Shown piece by piece: positions 26,636 to 40,959 of a stretch of 64,000 nt of DNA (its first letter is position 1; each line of letters starts with the position of its first letter). The translations under genes were made by a program, and so were the position numbers. The notes beneath the pieces are model-generated. The model worked only from the letters and a program-made list of their open reading frames with translations, was not told the DNA's origin and searched no databases. The stretch is from Octopus bimaculoides (taxonomy: Eukaryota). Location: contig NC_068982.1 in the NCBI RefSeq assembly GCF_001194135.2, positions 38,033,933 through 38,097,932 on the forward strand, given 5' to 3'.

Positions 26636-27845
26636 AAAGAATATGTGTGTGTTTGTGTGTGTGTGTGTACATGTGTGTGTATGTGTGTGTGTGTGTGTGT
26701 GCGTGCGCGTGTGTAAATTAAATGAAATTAGGAATAATAATTAAAATATAAAGTCATGTTATATGAAGTATGAAAAACATTGAAATTGGGAAAGAAAATC
26801 TTTATTTAAACAGTTGTTACCCACATACATGTAAAGAGATGAGAGAAAAAACTAAAAAAAATGATGAAATAAGTGGAAAGAGAAGTGGAAAGAATAAAAA
26901 GAAAAAATAGAGGAAGAAAAAACAAGTGGGGAAAAGAGAAGAAAGCAGGAGTAAAATTAACATAAATAGTTGAGACAGGAGAGAAAGGAAGAAGGTGCAT
27001 ATACAGAGAAGAGACAAAAAAAATAAATAGGTTAACAGTAAGATTGATATGATATGGAGTATTTTCGAAAGATGCACAGATAAAAGATTGGTTTGAAATA
27101 CCAAGACAATGAAAGGGAGAAGGGAAATTTGATTGCAATATTGTGAAAATGAAAGAAAGAGGGCGACTGTTGGGAGGGAGTAACATGAGAAAATGCATAT
27201 GTATAATGCTTGGAATAGAAAGAAACTTAACATGATTACCAATGTAAGAACAATAAATCTATATGGATAAAGTAGTATAATATATCCAATTTCTGTGTAT
27301 TTGAAGGTGGGAAATACAAAGATTAATAGAGTAAAGCATGATATCTAAATATATAAGAAAATGAAACAAAACCAAACTGAATAAAATGGAATCCTTTCTA
27401 CTATAGACACAAAACCTGAAATTTCTGTAGGGGCTAGTTGATTACATTGACCAACTGGTATTTATTTTATTGACCTCCAAAAGGATGAAAGGGAAAAAAA
27501 TTGACCTTGGCAGTATTTGAACTCAGACCATAAGAAGCCAGAAAAAATACCACAAAGTATCTTTCCCACTCCTCTAACAATCCTGCCAGCTTTCTGCCTT
27601 TGAATAGAATAGAATGAAACATAATATTATTGCATAACATGCAGTGGTTTATCTTAGGAGTTCATTAGTGTAAATATGCATGTATATTTGAGGTTCAGTT
27701 GAAACTATGAGGTGTTACTCAGGCACACAACTATGTGTCCACTGCATGTTATAACAGAAACAGCTGTAAGAAAAAAAATGAAGTTCATAAGATAATTGTT
27801 TATTCCTCTGTCATCTCATTTTCTTATGTGTGCATGTATATATAT

Positions 27846-27893
<48 letters not shown>

Positions 27894-27909
27894 ACACATT
27901 TTATATATA

Positions 27910-28315
27910 TATACTCAGCTTGCGAAGACTTATTGGGGCAAGCGAAAGCGAAATTGGGATGGCACCTGTGCCCAGCGTCGCCTTTCTGGCACTTGTGCCC
28001 GTGGCATACGTAAGGACTTTCGAGTGAGATCATTGCCAGTGCCCCTGGACTGGCTCTTGTGTGGGTGGCACATAAAATACACCATTTTGAGCATGGCCGT
28101 TGCCAGTATCGTCTGATTGGCCTTCATGCCGGTGACACGTAAAAGCACCCACTACACTCTCGGAGTGGTTGGCGTTAGGAAGGGTATCCAGCTGTAGAAA
28201 CTCTGCCAGATCAGATTGGAGCCTGGTGTAGTCTTCGGGTTCCACCAGTCCTCAGTCAAATTGTCCAACCCATGCTAGCATGGAAAACGGACGTTAAACG
28301 ATGATGATGATGATA
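27910..28315 (+). mobile_element. RTE 3' UTR copy with (GAT)n tail
   Basis: Matches the reverse complement of 148-580; CpG-rich, so probably young. Confidence 0.8.
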
Positions 28316-29003
28316 TATATATATTACACACACACACACACANNNNNNNNNNNNNNNNNNNNNNNNNNNNNNNNNNNNNNNNNNNNNNNNNNNNNNNNNN
28401 NNNNNNNNNNNNNNNNNNNNNNNNNNNNNNNNNNNNNNNNNNNNNNNNNNNNNNNNNNNNNNNNNNNNNNNNNNNNNNNNNNNNNNNNNNNNNNNNNNNN
28501 NNNNNNNNNNNNNNNNNNNNNNNNNNNNNNNNNNNNNNNNNNNNNNNNNNNNNNNNNNNNNNNNNNNNNNNNNNNNNNNNNNNNNNNNNNNNNNNNNNNN
28601 NNNNNNNNNNNNNNNNNNNNNNNNNNNNNNNNNNNNNNNNNNNNNNNNNNNNNNNNNNNNNNNNNNNNNNNNNNNNNNNNNNNNNNNNNNNNNNNNNNNN
28701 NNNNNNNNNNNNNNNNNNNNNNNNNNNNNNNNNNNNNNNNNNNNNNNNNNNNNNNNNNNNNNNNNNNNNNNNNNNNNNNNNNNNNNNNNNNNNNNNNNNN
28801 NNNNNNNNNNNNNNNNNNNNNNNNNNNNNNNNNNNNNNNNNNNNNNNNNNNNNNNNNNNGTATTGAATGCTGTGAGGCACGAACTGGAGGAGCAAAGAAG
28901 TACGTGCGAGCTTGGGGAGTCCAAGAACGAAAATGAGCAACGAGAGGTAGAGAGGGAGAGAGATAGTAGTAGTAACAGTGAGAGGCGAAGGACGAGCAGG
29001 GAG

Positions 29004-29043
<40 letters not shown>

Positions 29044-29685
29044 TAGTGACAGGGAGAGGCGAAGAACAGTAGAGGGAAGAATGAGATGGGGAGATAGATA
29101 TAGAGATAGAGATAGAAGGAGTCGCGTTAAAAAAATAGTTAAAACTTACTGTATAAATGTTAACGTGTGCGTTCTGTTGTGATACAAACAATATATGAGT
29201 ATATGCATATATATGTACATGTATGTATATACCTTCATCCACATGTACACATAGATACATAACTGGGTACATGACGTGGCAAAAGAACATGGACAAAATG
29301 GTAAACAAGGTGCAACAAACAAGCAGGCCACATAGAAACATCCCCTTCATCAGCTGCCACCATTAAAACCCCGGCGTTTTGAAGAATTAAGGCAGTATGC
29401 ATCGTTAAAATGGTTCTTCCCACGAACACAAATTAAATTGTTACATACATTATGATCTTCCAAAACTGAAACACGTGTAGTTCTTTCCGAATGATAATTT
29501 TAACTTAAGCAAGAGATAATTGAAGAAGTATATTCTATATCCTGCTATTGTACTGGTTTTATCCTCTTCTTGATGTGCATATAAATACCACGAGTTTTCC
29601 ATCATAAACACTCAATATGTTATTTTTGCATTATCTGAAATGGAATACCCACAAATCTATTGATTGAAATCCCAATAACTGAACT

Positions 29686-29719
<34 letters not shown>

Positions 29720-29726
<7 letters not shown>

Positions 29727-29960
29727 GAAATTTGTTTTCTTCCATTATTGTTTAAATCTAATGTGAGGGTGACCGTTGACTGGACACTATTCAATTTTTT
29801 TTCTCCGTGTTTTTCTCCTTGTCTCCGTATTCTTTCTATTGAAGAGCGTAGCTTGAAACGTCAAAGACTTTCCGTATTCCCGAGCGTCATACTAATACAT
29901 CCTTTTGTTAGTTACACCACCTGTCCTCATCTGTTGTTGTTTTTTCGTATATTCTCCCAT
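29720..29960 (+). mobile_element. Penelope-like element terminal (pLTR) fragment
   Basis: Pattern ctattgaagagcgtagcttgaaacgtc (degenerate CUGANGA-A-stem-GAAA) followed by a T-rich tail; inserted in (TA)n. Family assignment is inferred. Confidence 0.5.
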
Positions 29961-31349
29961 ATATATATGTATATATGTATATACATGGGTATGTATGTAC
30001 ATGTGTATGCATATGTATGTATACATGTATGTGTGCATGTATATATGTGTGTGCTTGTGTGTGTACATGCATGAGTGAGTGCATATTCTCTTAGTCTTGA
30101 CATGTGCCCATTTATTATAAACAAGGTATCGCCATTCATATAAATGGTGTTCCATTCATATGAAAGGTGTTATTTGTTTGCAGATCTCTCTCAAAACATG
30201 TCCAGGCTTCTTGACTTGTCTTCACTCCTGCATACTAAATTAGAAATGAAAGCATCACTGTTTATGCAAATGGTGTCATTTGTTTGAAGTTCTCCATGAA
30301 AGCATGCTTAACCCTTTCGTTACTGTATTTAGTTTGAGTTGGTCTGTTTTTCTCTTAATTATTTTAAATATAACAAAGAATTTAGTAAAATAACTTAGTT
30401 ATCATTAAGCTAGTGTTAGGGACATTAATTGTGACTAAGGTTTGGTGGAAGATATTAATTAAAAACTTATGAAGACAAGACATTTGTACCCAAAGCCAGA
30501 GACAGTTTCAGCCGGGTTGGTAATGAAAGGGTTAAGGACTGACTATTTGTTGACTGACAGACAAGTGGTCGTAGTGGTTGGGGGTTATTGTTTCGTTTGA
30601 AAATAGTTCAGGGTTGGTGTCAGAAAAGGTATCTGGCCATAGAAATTTTGCCTCAATGAATTTTGTCTGACCCTTGCAAGCAAGGAAAAATTGATGTTTA
30701 AACAATGATGGTGAAAATGATAATGATAATGATGATGATGATGATATCAAAATATGTCCATGTATGTATGTGTATACACACACATATAGATAGATAGTCA
30801 TATGTATATAGGTTGGTAGGTAGGTAGGTAGGTAAGTAGGTAGGTAGGTAGGTAGGTAGGTAGTTAGGTAGGTAGATAGATAGATAGATAGATATGCTTG
30901 TGTGGTTATGGAGTTCATTTTGAAGCCATATAGTTTTAAGCTCACTTCCCTCTTTACTAAACTTTGGGCATGCATCTTCTAGCACAGTCTCAAATAGAGC
31001 AATACATTGTGAGCTGAATTTAGTAAATGGAAACTGTTTAGAAACATGTTATGCATATCTCTTTCTGCATGAAACCAATGGTAGTCTGGTTACCCCACAA
31101 ATAAAGTACATACCTGCAAACACACACACACATACACACACATACACACACACACATACATACATACTTTTGTGTGTGTGTATTAATGTTTGCTTTTATG
31201 TCAAGTTATATATAAAAAGAATTTAACATTAAGATCAAAAATTACTCACTACATTTCAGTGGAGTACACATATATTAACATTTACAAGGAAAAGGTTGAC
31301 AGTGACTGTTAAGTTTTGGCCTGCTATATTATTTGTATAATATGTATAT

Positions 31350-31760
31350 TCATTGTCATCATCATTATCATCATTTAACGTCCATGTTCCATGCTAGAAT
31401 GGGTGGGAGGATACCACAAGAGCCAGCCAGGCTGAAGCTTGCACCGGCCTTCTGTGACTGTTTTGGCAGGATTTTTACAGCTGGATGCCCTTCCTAACAC
31501 CAACCACTCAGCAGGGTAGACTTAGTGTTTTTCTGTGGCACAAACACAGGCAAGGTCAGTTTTGGCAAGGTTTTTACAACTGGATGCCCTTTCTAACACC
31601 AAGCACTCAGCAGAGTGGACTTTGTGCTTTTTATATGGCACAAGCTAGGTCAGTTTTGGCAAGGTTTTTACAGCTGGATGCCCTTCTGAACACCAACCAC
31701 TTTACAGTGTGGACTGGGTGCTTTTAAGTGGCACCTGCACTGACAGGGTCACCAAATACT
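31350..31760 (-). mobile_element. RTE-type 3' end with three tandem units of about 95 bp
   Basis: gttttggca.gg.tttttacagctggatgccct units starting near 31461, 31559 and 31652. Confidence 0.72.
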
Positions 31761-31991
31761 TGCAAGACAAAAACTTTTAAGAGGAGAGGCAGCATTGGAG
31801 GAGATGATGATGAAAAGGTTGTAGTGAGACAGATATTGGTGTCTTGCTGAAGAGGAAGTACAAGGTTACCCAGCTGGAGAGAGAAAGATCAAAGATGAAG
31901 ACAGAAACAGGTGTGCTACCACAAAGAAAATACACAGTTGCCCAGCCTGAGGGAAGTGCAGGAGAAGGAGAGAGAGAAAGAGAGAGAGTTA

Positions 31992-32064
<73 letters not shown>

Positions 32065-32534
32065 CAGGATGGAGATGGTGGCAAAATGCTGGGCATGCTC
32101 ACAAGGAATGGGGATCAGAGTATAAATGAGATGGTGGAGTAAAGGGAGAGATATAGATGGTGGCAAATGCTAGGGCATACCCTTGAGGTTCAGATGCCAT
32201 AGTTTAAGTGACAAGATATTGCGAAGGGAGTGCAAGTAAGTGGTGAAAGACCTGGGTATATATAGAGTTGGAGGGGCTACTGGATAGCAATGATACAGAG
32301 GAGCAAGGGTGTGAGAACAGGATTGGGGAGTGAGAGCTAGGCATAGTGAATGAAGGAGGAAATGCGAGAAAGAGATTTAAATTGGTTTGTTAGGGTAGAG
32401 TGAGGGAAAAGTTTTCTACTAAAAGTTTTATATTATATTATATATATTCTACATGTATTATATATATATATGAATACATACACACTCACACACAAACACA
32501 TACAGACAGACACACACACACTCACACATATACA

Positions 32535-32579
<45 letters not shown>

Positions 32580-33762
32580 TCCTGGCTTATATTCTGAGTC
32601 CAAATTCTGCTGAGTTTGACTTTACCTTTCGTCCATTTGGGTTGATAAAATAAGTACCAGTTGAGCATTCCCCTCAAAATTTCAAGCCTTGTGCTTATAG
32701 TAGAAAGCATCTAGTCTACATTGTAACATGGTTGGCATTTGGAAGGGCATCCAGCTGTAAAAATCATGCCAGAACTAACCTCACCTATACCAGTGCCATG
32801 TAAAAAGCACTGAATCCACTCTGCAGAGTGGTTGGTGTTACAAAGGGCATCCAGCCGTAAAATCCCTGCCAAAATTGATACAACAGTCCAGGGTAGTTTT
32901 TCTACATGGCCAGCTCCTGTTAACCATCCTACCCATGCATGCAGGGAAGATGGATGTTAAATATTTATGATGATGGTGATGATTATATATGTCTGTGTGT
33001 GTGTTTGTGCACATTATAGTCTTAGCATTCAAGTTGATTACACCTACCCATCCACACACATATATCTATGTATGTTTGTATCCCTGTTGTATATGTTTGT
33101 GCATGTATATTGTACTGATTTACTTCAGAAAACATTGGAAGAAGAATAAAAAACACTTGCTTTGTATTCAAGAATTCTATTGTTCTCAAAGTGCAATATA
33201 AACTAAAACAAAACATATATATATATTTATGATGTTTATTTCCTGATCTTAATTCTGCTCTTCTTTCTGTTTTATCAAATTTTCTAGTGTGCCTGTTGAC
33301 TTTGTTCTCACTTTGACCATTGCCCTCTTATAAACACTAATTTCCTCCTCTTCTTCCTCCTCCATTGCCTGTTAATTTTTTTTTCTCTCTCTTAATACTT
33401 TTAGTCTAATCTTTTAACACTTTCATATCTCTTTGACATTTTACCTCATTCTAATGATGTGTATTGTCTAAGACTTCTTCCACATGGCAAAATAATTTAC
33501 ATTTTATTCTGCAAAGTCTAAAGATTTCCCTCTCAATATCTTGAGGAACAACTGAGTTGTACCTATTTTCATGTGTAGGAATGGATTGCATTTGTCACAA
33601 TCTATTCCCTTTGCATGCAAGAATCCAAATTGCCAAGAAATAGATAATTAAATATGATAGATAGAAAAATAATTAAAAAAAACACTCAATACTATCAATA
33701 CTAAAATGTCAAATTAGATATAAAACAGTAAAAAATTATTATTTTTCATTAAATTATAATAA

Positions 33763-34878
33763 ACTAGCAGAAATACCCGGCTTTGCCCGGGTTAAAGAGA
33801 ATAATGAAATCTAAAAACGCCGTCTAGACTATGCAACCCTCAACTGTTAGTAGCTACGATACCATATTTCTACATTAATAACTCTCCAATCCATGCCAGC
33901 ATGGAACATAGACATTAAGTGGAATGCCAGTCTCTCATCTAGGAGGGCCTTGAAATCAATGTTACCAACTGGGGACTATGTGTGTCGCAGTGATAATAAA
34001 AAGACCCAAAGGAGGTCTGCAATGAAATAATTTTACTCAACACTTTGCAAGTGAATCAGTGGAGGCAAAGATGCGTCTCATGTACTTGACAATTTATGCA
34101 CCACATTGCAGAAATCACAATGTNNNNNNNNNNNNNNNNNNNNNNNNNNNNNNNNNNNNNNNNNNNNNNNNNNNNNNNNNNNNNNNNNNNNNNNNNNNNN
34201 NNNNNNNNNNNNNNNNNNNNNNNNNNNNNNNNNNNNNNNNNNNNNNNNNNNNNNNNNNNNNNNNNNNNNNNNNNNNNNNNNNNNNNNNNNNNNNNNNNNN
34301 NNNNNNNNNNNNNNNNNNNNNNNNNNNNNNNNNNNNNNNNNNNNNNNNNNNNNNNNNNNNNNNNNNNNNNNNNNNNNNNNNNNNNNNNNNNNNNNNNNNN
34401 NNNNNNNNNNNNNNNNNNNNNNNNNNNNNNNNNNNNNNNNNNNNNNTTATACATAGAATATAATTTCCAAATTTCATAAAGATCCGTTCAGTACTTTTGA
34501 CGTAGTTTTGGATAAGAAAACAGATGACTAATGTGTGTGTTTGTGTGTGATGGGTGTATATATGTATAGATATCTGTATACATGTATATATATGTATATA
34601 TGTGTACATATTACATGTACATCTATATATATATACATCTACACATATGTATACATATACATGTATGCATATAGATCTATATCTATATATATCTATGCAT
34701 ATACGTGTACATATACATGTATATGTATACATATACATCTCTTTCTCTCTTTCTCTCTCTCTCTGAAAGTATCTGTAATTACATTATTGAAATGTGATTG
34801 TTTCAGTTAGTGGAATAACGTGTACATATACATCTATATGTATACATATACATCTCTCTCTTTCTCTCTCTTTCTCTC

Positions 34879-34955
<77 letters not shown>

Positions 34956-35289
34956 CTCTCTGAAAGTATCTGTCATTACAGTATCAAAATGTGATTGTTT
35001 CAGTTAGTAGAATAGTTTCATTTTTAAAGTGAAAGTATTTGACATGAGTGTTTTTGTTTCACTTTTGACACGTAATACTTAAATAGTGGAGGAGATATTA
35101 TGTTGCCGTGGGCTCGAACTCTGCAAGAAGTTAAAATTTTTTTTGACTAAAACACAACTGGAACCTTAAGTAAGGCATGTGTAAAATTTGAATGAAATTG
35201 GTTGCGTAGTTCTTGAGTTTTAGGGATTCACACAGACAGACAGACATACAGACAGACAGACACACATTCTCATTTTTATATATATAGAT
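33763..35289 (+). mobile_element. Non-autonomous Helitron/Helentron-like element (spans a gap)
   Basis: Starts ACTAGCAGAAATACCCGGCTTTGCCCGGG (subterminal hairpin); ends with (ACAG)n followed by attctcatttttatatatatagat. This architecture is typical of Lep1/DINE-1-like elements. Internal tandem duplication at 34720-35015. Confidence 0.6.
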
Positions 35290-35584
35290 TATAATTGATC
35301 CAATCTTCAAAATATAAATCTGAATTAGTGTTACTCTTTCTAAGAATAATAATTTTTTTCTTATATCCAATCTAACACATGTATAAAAACACACACAAGC
35401 TTTTTCTATTGTGGTTGGACTCAAATAAGCACAAACATGCACATATACATACAAATACACATACACATACATATACAAACTTCTAAATATGTGGCTGGAC
35501 ACACACACGCACACACAAAAGCTTGCACATGCCTGGCTGGACCCAAACATTCACATTAAATTGAAACTAAGTCTATGTTCTTTT

Positions 35585-35965
35585 ATTTTTTACTTGTTTC
35601 ATTTATTAGACTGTGACCATGCTGGGGCACTGTTTTGAAGAATTTTTAGTCAAATGAATCGACCCTAGTACTAATTATTTTGATGTCTAATACTTATTCT
35701 ATTAGTTTCTTTTGCTGAACCACTAAGTTACAGGCATGTAAGCACACCAACACCAGTTGTCAAGAGGGTAGTAGAGGGACAAACACAGACACAAAGACAC
35801 ACATATAAATATATATATGAGCTTATTTCAGTTTCCACATACCAAATCCACTTACAAGGCTTTGGTTGGCTTGAGGCAATAGTAGAAGACACTTTGCCAA
35901 TGTGCCATGCAGTGGGACTGAACCCGGAACTGTGTGGTTGGGAATCAAGCTTCTTACCGCATAGC
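35585..35965 (-). mobile_element. SINE family A, full copy
   Basis: Colinear with 36771-37196. Confidence 0.82.
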
Positions 35966-36770
35966 TATGTTTGTTTCTATATTCAAGATTAGTATATTTT
36001 CTTTTTCTGTCACATGGCCTTTTCAGATTTTTGAATGAGAGTTGGAATTTGAAAGAGTAAATTCCCTATGTTCATATTTCATTATGATTTGTAGGTCCTT
36101 TTTTAGTCTTATTCTCAAGAGGATATATTTTGAAAAGTCTTACATCAGCATTTCGTATTTAATCAAACATTAAAAGTAGTTTGGTTCTTATTGGATGAAT
36201 TTACTTTTGAATATCTCGATTTCTCTACGGATAAAACCAGTTTTAAATTTCTTAGCAGTTAACTGAATAGCTTCTGCATATTACTTTTGATTGATCTTTT
36301 TAAACATTCTAATCTGATATATGTATCTGGATATGTAAAAGGATTCTATCATTAGTATTTCAAATCTATTGGAATAAATACAAAACAAAGGGAATTTACC
36401 AAAGATATAACATCAACTAGCTATAATTTAAAGAAAACCTATCTCTCATATACATAAGCTTATTATTTATGTATATACAACCTACACACACTTCTGTTTT
36501 AATAATTTTGCAACATCTGAAATTGACTGTGAAATCTATAATATTCATCTATGGATCTATATTTGTAATATTTTAACTATGGAATGGAACTAAAAACATA
36601 TCAGTATTTATACTATTAATACTATTCATACTATTCATAATATCATACTTTTCATAAAATAATTAAATGTAAAAGTTATTGAATAAAATCAAAGATATAA
36701 TGTTTATAGAAACAATATTTATTTATGTTATTCATAAGATGACTGATAAATATATTTTAAATTAAGTATA

Positions 36771-37196
36771 CTCTTTACTCTTTTACTCTTTTACTTGTTT
36801 CAGTCATTTGACTGCGGCTATGCTGGAGCACCGCCTTTAGTCGAGCAAATCGACCCCAGGACTTATTCTTTGTAAGCCTAGTACTTATTCTATCGGTTAC
36901 TTTTGCCGAACCGCTAAGTTACGGGGACGTAAACACACCAGCATCGGTTGTCAAGCGATGTTGGGTGGACAAACACAGACACACAAACACACACACATAT
37001 ATATATACATATACATATACATATACATATATACAACGGTCTTCTTTCAGTTTCTGTCTACCAAATCCACTCACAAGGCTTTGGTCGGCTCGAGGCTATA
37101 GTAGAAGACACTTGCCCAAAGTGCCACACAGTGGGACTGAACCCGGAACCATGTGGTTGGTAAGCAAGCTACTTACCACACAGCCACTCCTGCACC
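36771..37196 (-). mobile_element. SINE family A, young full-length copy
   Basis: Minus strand: tRNA-like head (TGGCTGTGTGGT...GGTTCAGTCCC), central microsatellite, (GTAAAAGA)n tail; CpG-rich. Partial copies at about 1-100, 1377-1510, 6570-6660, 7545-7625, 11520-11680, 17805-17960, 24790-25010, 48385-48520, 50330-50555, 52300-52480, 56722-56880 and 60370-60530. Confidence 0.88.
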
Positions 37197-38332
37197 TGAT
37201 GTACATATATTATGAATATATATTTTTTCTAGAATCCACAGTTCATTGGAGTGGTTACTGTTCTTCACTGGGCAGTAGGTTTAAATCTAGCCATATGCAC
37301 TTTTCTCTGATATGAAAATGAAGATTCAATAGAGCGCATTAAGATTTGTTAAAGCTTTGCCTCCAAGGTTATGTCATAGCAGAATAATACTTTGGAAACT
37401 GAGTGTCTTCAGTTTTGTTCCATAGTTAAGATTACTTATTTCTTGATATAACAATAAAAATAAAAGAAATCAGCTCTCTAGAAAAAAAATGCAGCAAGTG
37501 TATAACAAAGAATATTGTTTTTAAAGATGTCCTTGTCTAAGACTGTGCCTGTAAATTATAAATTAAGTTTTTCATAATTCTTCTATAGCCAGATGCCATT
37601 CCTGATGCAAACCCTCACCTTCTTTCAATCAAGATTCTATAGTCGTCTACTGAGCAACAAACAGCTGGGGCATACTTTAGTGAAGAACTGTTTAGTGGTA
37701 GAAAGAGTATCCAGCTTGAAAAAAAAAAAAACCCCCCAAAAAACAAATAAAAGAACCAACAATGCAAGCATGGGAAAATATATTTCACTGCATGACCAAA
37801 ATTTGAATGTTAAATAAATGACTCCCAGGCCCCAAGATGCTTGAGAGGTGGTGCTTAGCTCTAGTTTCATTATGTGAACTGGATAACAGATAATTGTTTC
37901 TGTGGATAGAACACCAGTTTACCACAAGTATAGCATTCCCAGATGATCTGGTACTTGTTTTCAATATGTAAATGATTTGAAGTAATGTAAAATAAATTGT
38001 TCTGTGCAGAAACAGAACAAAACTCTTTTAGCAGATGTGAATTCATTATTCTTAATTAGGTAGTGCAGTTTCTTATCAGATTAGCAATTTTAACTTCTAC
38101 AGATTGTACTTAGGCATTATAAATGTTGTTTTCATTTGAATATCTTCATCCAGTTCTTTGTAAACAAATATCATTGAACCTAACTCAAATACATACATAC
38201 ATACATATGTGCATGTGTTTGTGTACCTAAGCATGAATATATATTCTTTTATATTCTTTCATTCTTTTAATGGTTTGATAGGATTGTGGCCATGCTGGAG
38301 TGCTTCTTATATATATATATATATATATTTAA

Positions 38333-38369
<37 letters not shown>

Positions 38370-38386
38370 GATACATAGATAGATAA

Positions 38387-38438
<52 letters not shown>

Positions 38439-38619
38439 ACACACATATATATACATATATATACATTATATGGTGTTAGCAAAGGCATCCAGCTGTAAAA
38501 TCCATGTCAAAGTAGACAGTGGAGCTTGCTGCAATCCTCTGGCATGCCAGCTCCTGTTAAACTGTCCAACACATACCAGCATTGAAGACAGACGTTAAAT
38601 GATGATGCTGATGATGCTG

Positions 38620-38675
<56 letters not shown>

Positions 38676-38676
38676 A

Positions 38677-39147
38677 ATAAGATAAGAAAATAGAGAGGTA
38701 ATTGATAAATAATTATTTATTAATTAAAAAATTGACAAACGTCTCTTACAACTGTTTCAATTTCAGACCTTCAGAAAATTAATTAATAAATCAAAAAATT
38801 ATTTGAGAGTCCAATCTCTTCAGAGGTAGTTTAAAATATACAAAATAGGCGTTCAGTTCCAACATGTTGAGTAAATGGTTGCAAACTGTAGGTGTTCAAT
38901 TCCAGTACGCTGAGTAAACAGCTGCAAAACGTTAGCGGTTTGCAGTCGTTTACGCAACATACTGGAATTGAACACTTACATTGTATGTCTTAAACTACCT
39001 CTGAAGAGATTTGACTTTGAAATAATTTTTAATTTTATTAATTAATTTTCTGAAGGTCTGGAATTGAAACAGCTGTAAGGGATGTTTGTCAATATTTTAA
39101 TTAATAAGTAATAATGTATCAATTACCTCTCTATTTTCTTATCTTAT
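38677..39147. repeat. Fold-back element of about 470 bp with a nested inner palindrome
   Basis: Outer arms about 38677-38845 and 38985-39147; inner arms 38887-38928 and 38939-38980; extra tandem copy of the inner arm at about 38852-38896. Confidence 0.85.
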
Positions 39148-39292
39148 AATAAATAAATATATATAAACCATGGTTTATATAGTTACCTTGCAGTTGAGTA
39201 TTAACATTCTTTGTGTAAGTAACTAACCAGTACTTTCATAGGATTTTGCTATTCCTGAATGAGGTTTGTAACCTTTGTATTTCTGTATGTAT

Positions 39293-39444
39293 ATCATCAT
39301 CATCATCGTTTAACGTCCGCTTTCCATGCTAGCATGGGTTGGACGATTTGACTGAGGACTGGTGAAACCGGATGGCAACACCAGGCTCCAATCTAATTTG
39401 GCAGAGTTTCTACAGCTGGATGCCCTTCCTAACGCCAACCACTC
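39293..39444 (-). mobile_element. Short young RTE 3'-end copy
   Basis: Reverse complement of the 56906-57064 and 7249-7410 copies. Confidence 0.82.
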
Positions 39445-39950
39445 AATATATATATATATGCCAATAAACACTTGTACTATTTATTCAATCTTCACTTTAG
39501 CTTTATAATCAGAGTTCATTCATCACACATGTGACTTCTTCAGTGAGTTTCTGTTCCTCATATCTCTACTCCTCTCTGGTCTTGTCCTGTCTATTCCATT
39601 TTTTCTCTGTTATGTAAAACCTATCTGCGCATGTGTTTATGTCTGTGCCTGTGTTAGTGTCTATGTTGTAGGATATGTGTATGTGTGTTATCTGTGCATC
39701 TATGTTGTAGAATATGTGTATATATGTCATGTGTCATGTGTGCATCAATTTGTACCCTGAATTTATTATTTTTCATTCTGTCCTTAGTCGTTGTGTCATG
39801 TGTTGTGATGGAGTGGGGATGGTGCTATTATTCCATTGACATTTTTCTGTTGAGGTTCAGTCCATTTTCTATTGTATATGTGGCCTCCATAATCTGTTTG
39901 AGTGTTATATCCATTCTATGTGTGAATTAGATTCTTACATATATATATAT

Positions 39951-39986
<36 letters not shown>

Positions 39987-40021
39987 ATATATATACATAC
40001 ATATATATATATATATATACA

Positions 40022-40086
<65 letters not shown>

Positions 40087-40959
40087 ACACCCATATATAT
40101 ATGTATACATGCTTATATTATATTGTTCTGAAAACTAGAATAACCTATTATGATATTTTCCTACTATTATTGTAATTGAAACATTTCAGAGAAACATGTT
40201 GTTAGGTTTATTGTTATTCCAGTATTCAAAAATTCAAAAGAACGCTATCAATAATTTTGCACCTTAGTTCTAAACCTGGTTATGATATACCTCTATTTTT
40301 AAAATACAATGTCATTTGTCAAGATGAATGATGAAAACTAATTATTCATTTGTATTACTAAAACTACAAAAGAAACTTCATCATTTGTGCTATTGACTAA
40401 TGCTACCTTAAATAAGGAAAGATCAATTACTACATTCTAATGACTGCTGTGGTTAATCCCCTCATCTATCTTATATGAACACCTTTTAACTGCTAAATGG
40501 TGAAACTTCAAAGAGCAATCTTACTTATATGAGAAAATCAATGTGTTCATTGGCAAAGATTTAGTTTGAAGGAAATCTCTATATATATCACCCAGCTGTT
40601 TGAATGAATATCACAAAAATAAAATCTGGAATGGCAGAGTAGAAAAATATATTCCCGAACAGCAACCATAACATTACCCTCATGTAATGGATGGTGAATG
40701 AATGACAGTAAAAGTTTCATGCAGAAAATGAAAACGTATGTAGGAAAAGTATTGATGTACAACAATGTGTTGGTTACTTAGAATTAAAGTTAGAGATGTG
40801 ATTGATACATTTCATTACCATTCTTCTGAGCTGTCAATGAGATACTGTACTACCTTCCTAACAAGTATGATGTCATAGTTAAACAAAGGACAAAATAATA
40901 CACATGTAGGAATCATAAACATAGTAAATCACATGCAAAAATGTATAGAAATATACATC

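Noticed and set aside
26806-27242. Two hydrophobic minus-strand ORFs of 130-141 aa
   Set aside because: Reverse of a purine-rich low-complexity tract; no recognisable motif.
29250-29480. CUGAUGA on the minus strand (about 29347) and gaaacacgtgt on the plus strand
   Set aside because: The half-motifs are on opposite strands and neither completes a hammerhead; at most a decayed Penelope end.
30184-30272. Exon-like stretch (LSQNMSRLLDLSSLLHTKLEMKASLFMQ)
   Set aside because: The open frame is phase 1 while this intron is phase 0. The stretch is part of a local imperfect duplication, and the expected next exon was found at 46633.
36027-36056. AG...GT-bounded 30-nt segment
   Set aside because: The phase-0 reading needed here hits TGA.
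36771-37196. tRNA-like heads of SINE families A and B as tRNA genes
   Set aside because: Only box A/B-like motifs; no complete cloverleaf, and they continue into SINE bodies.
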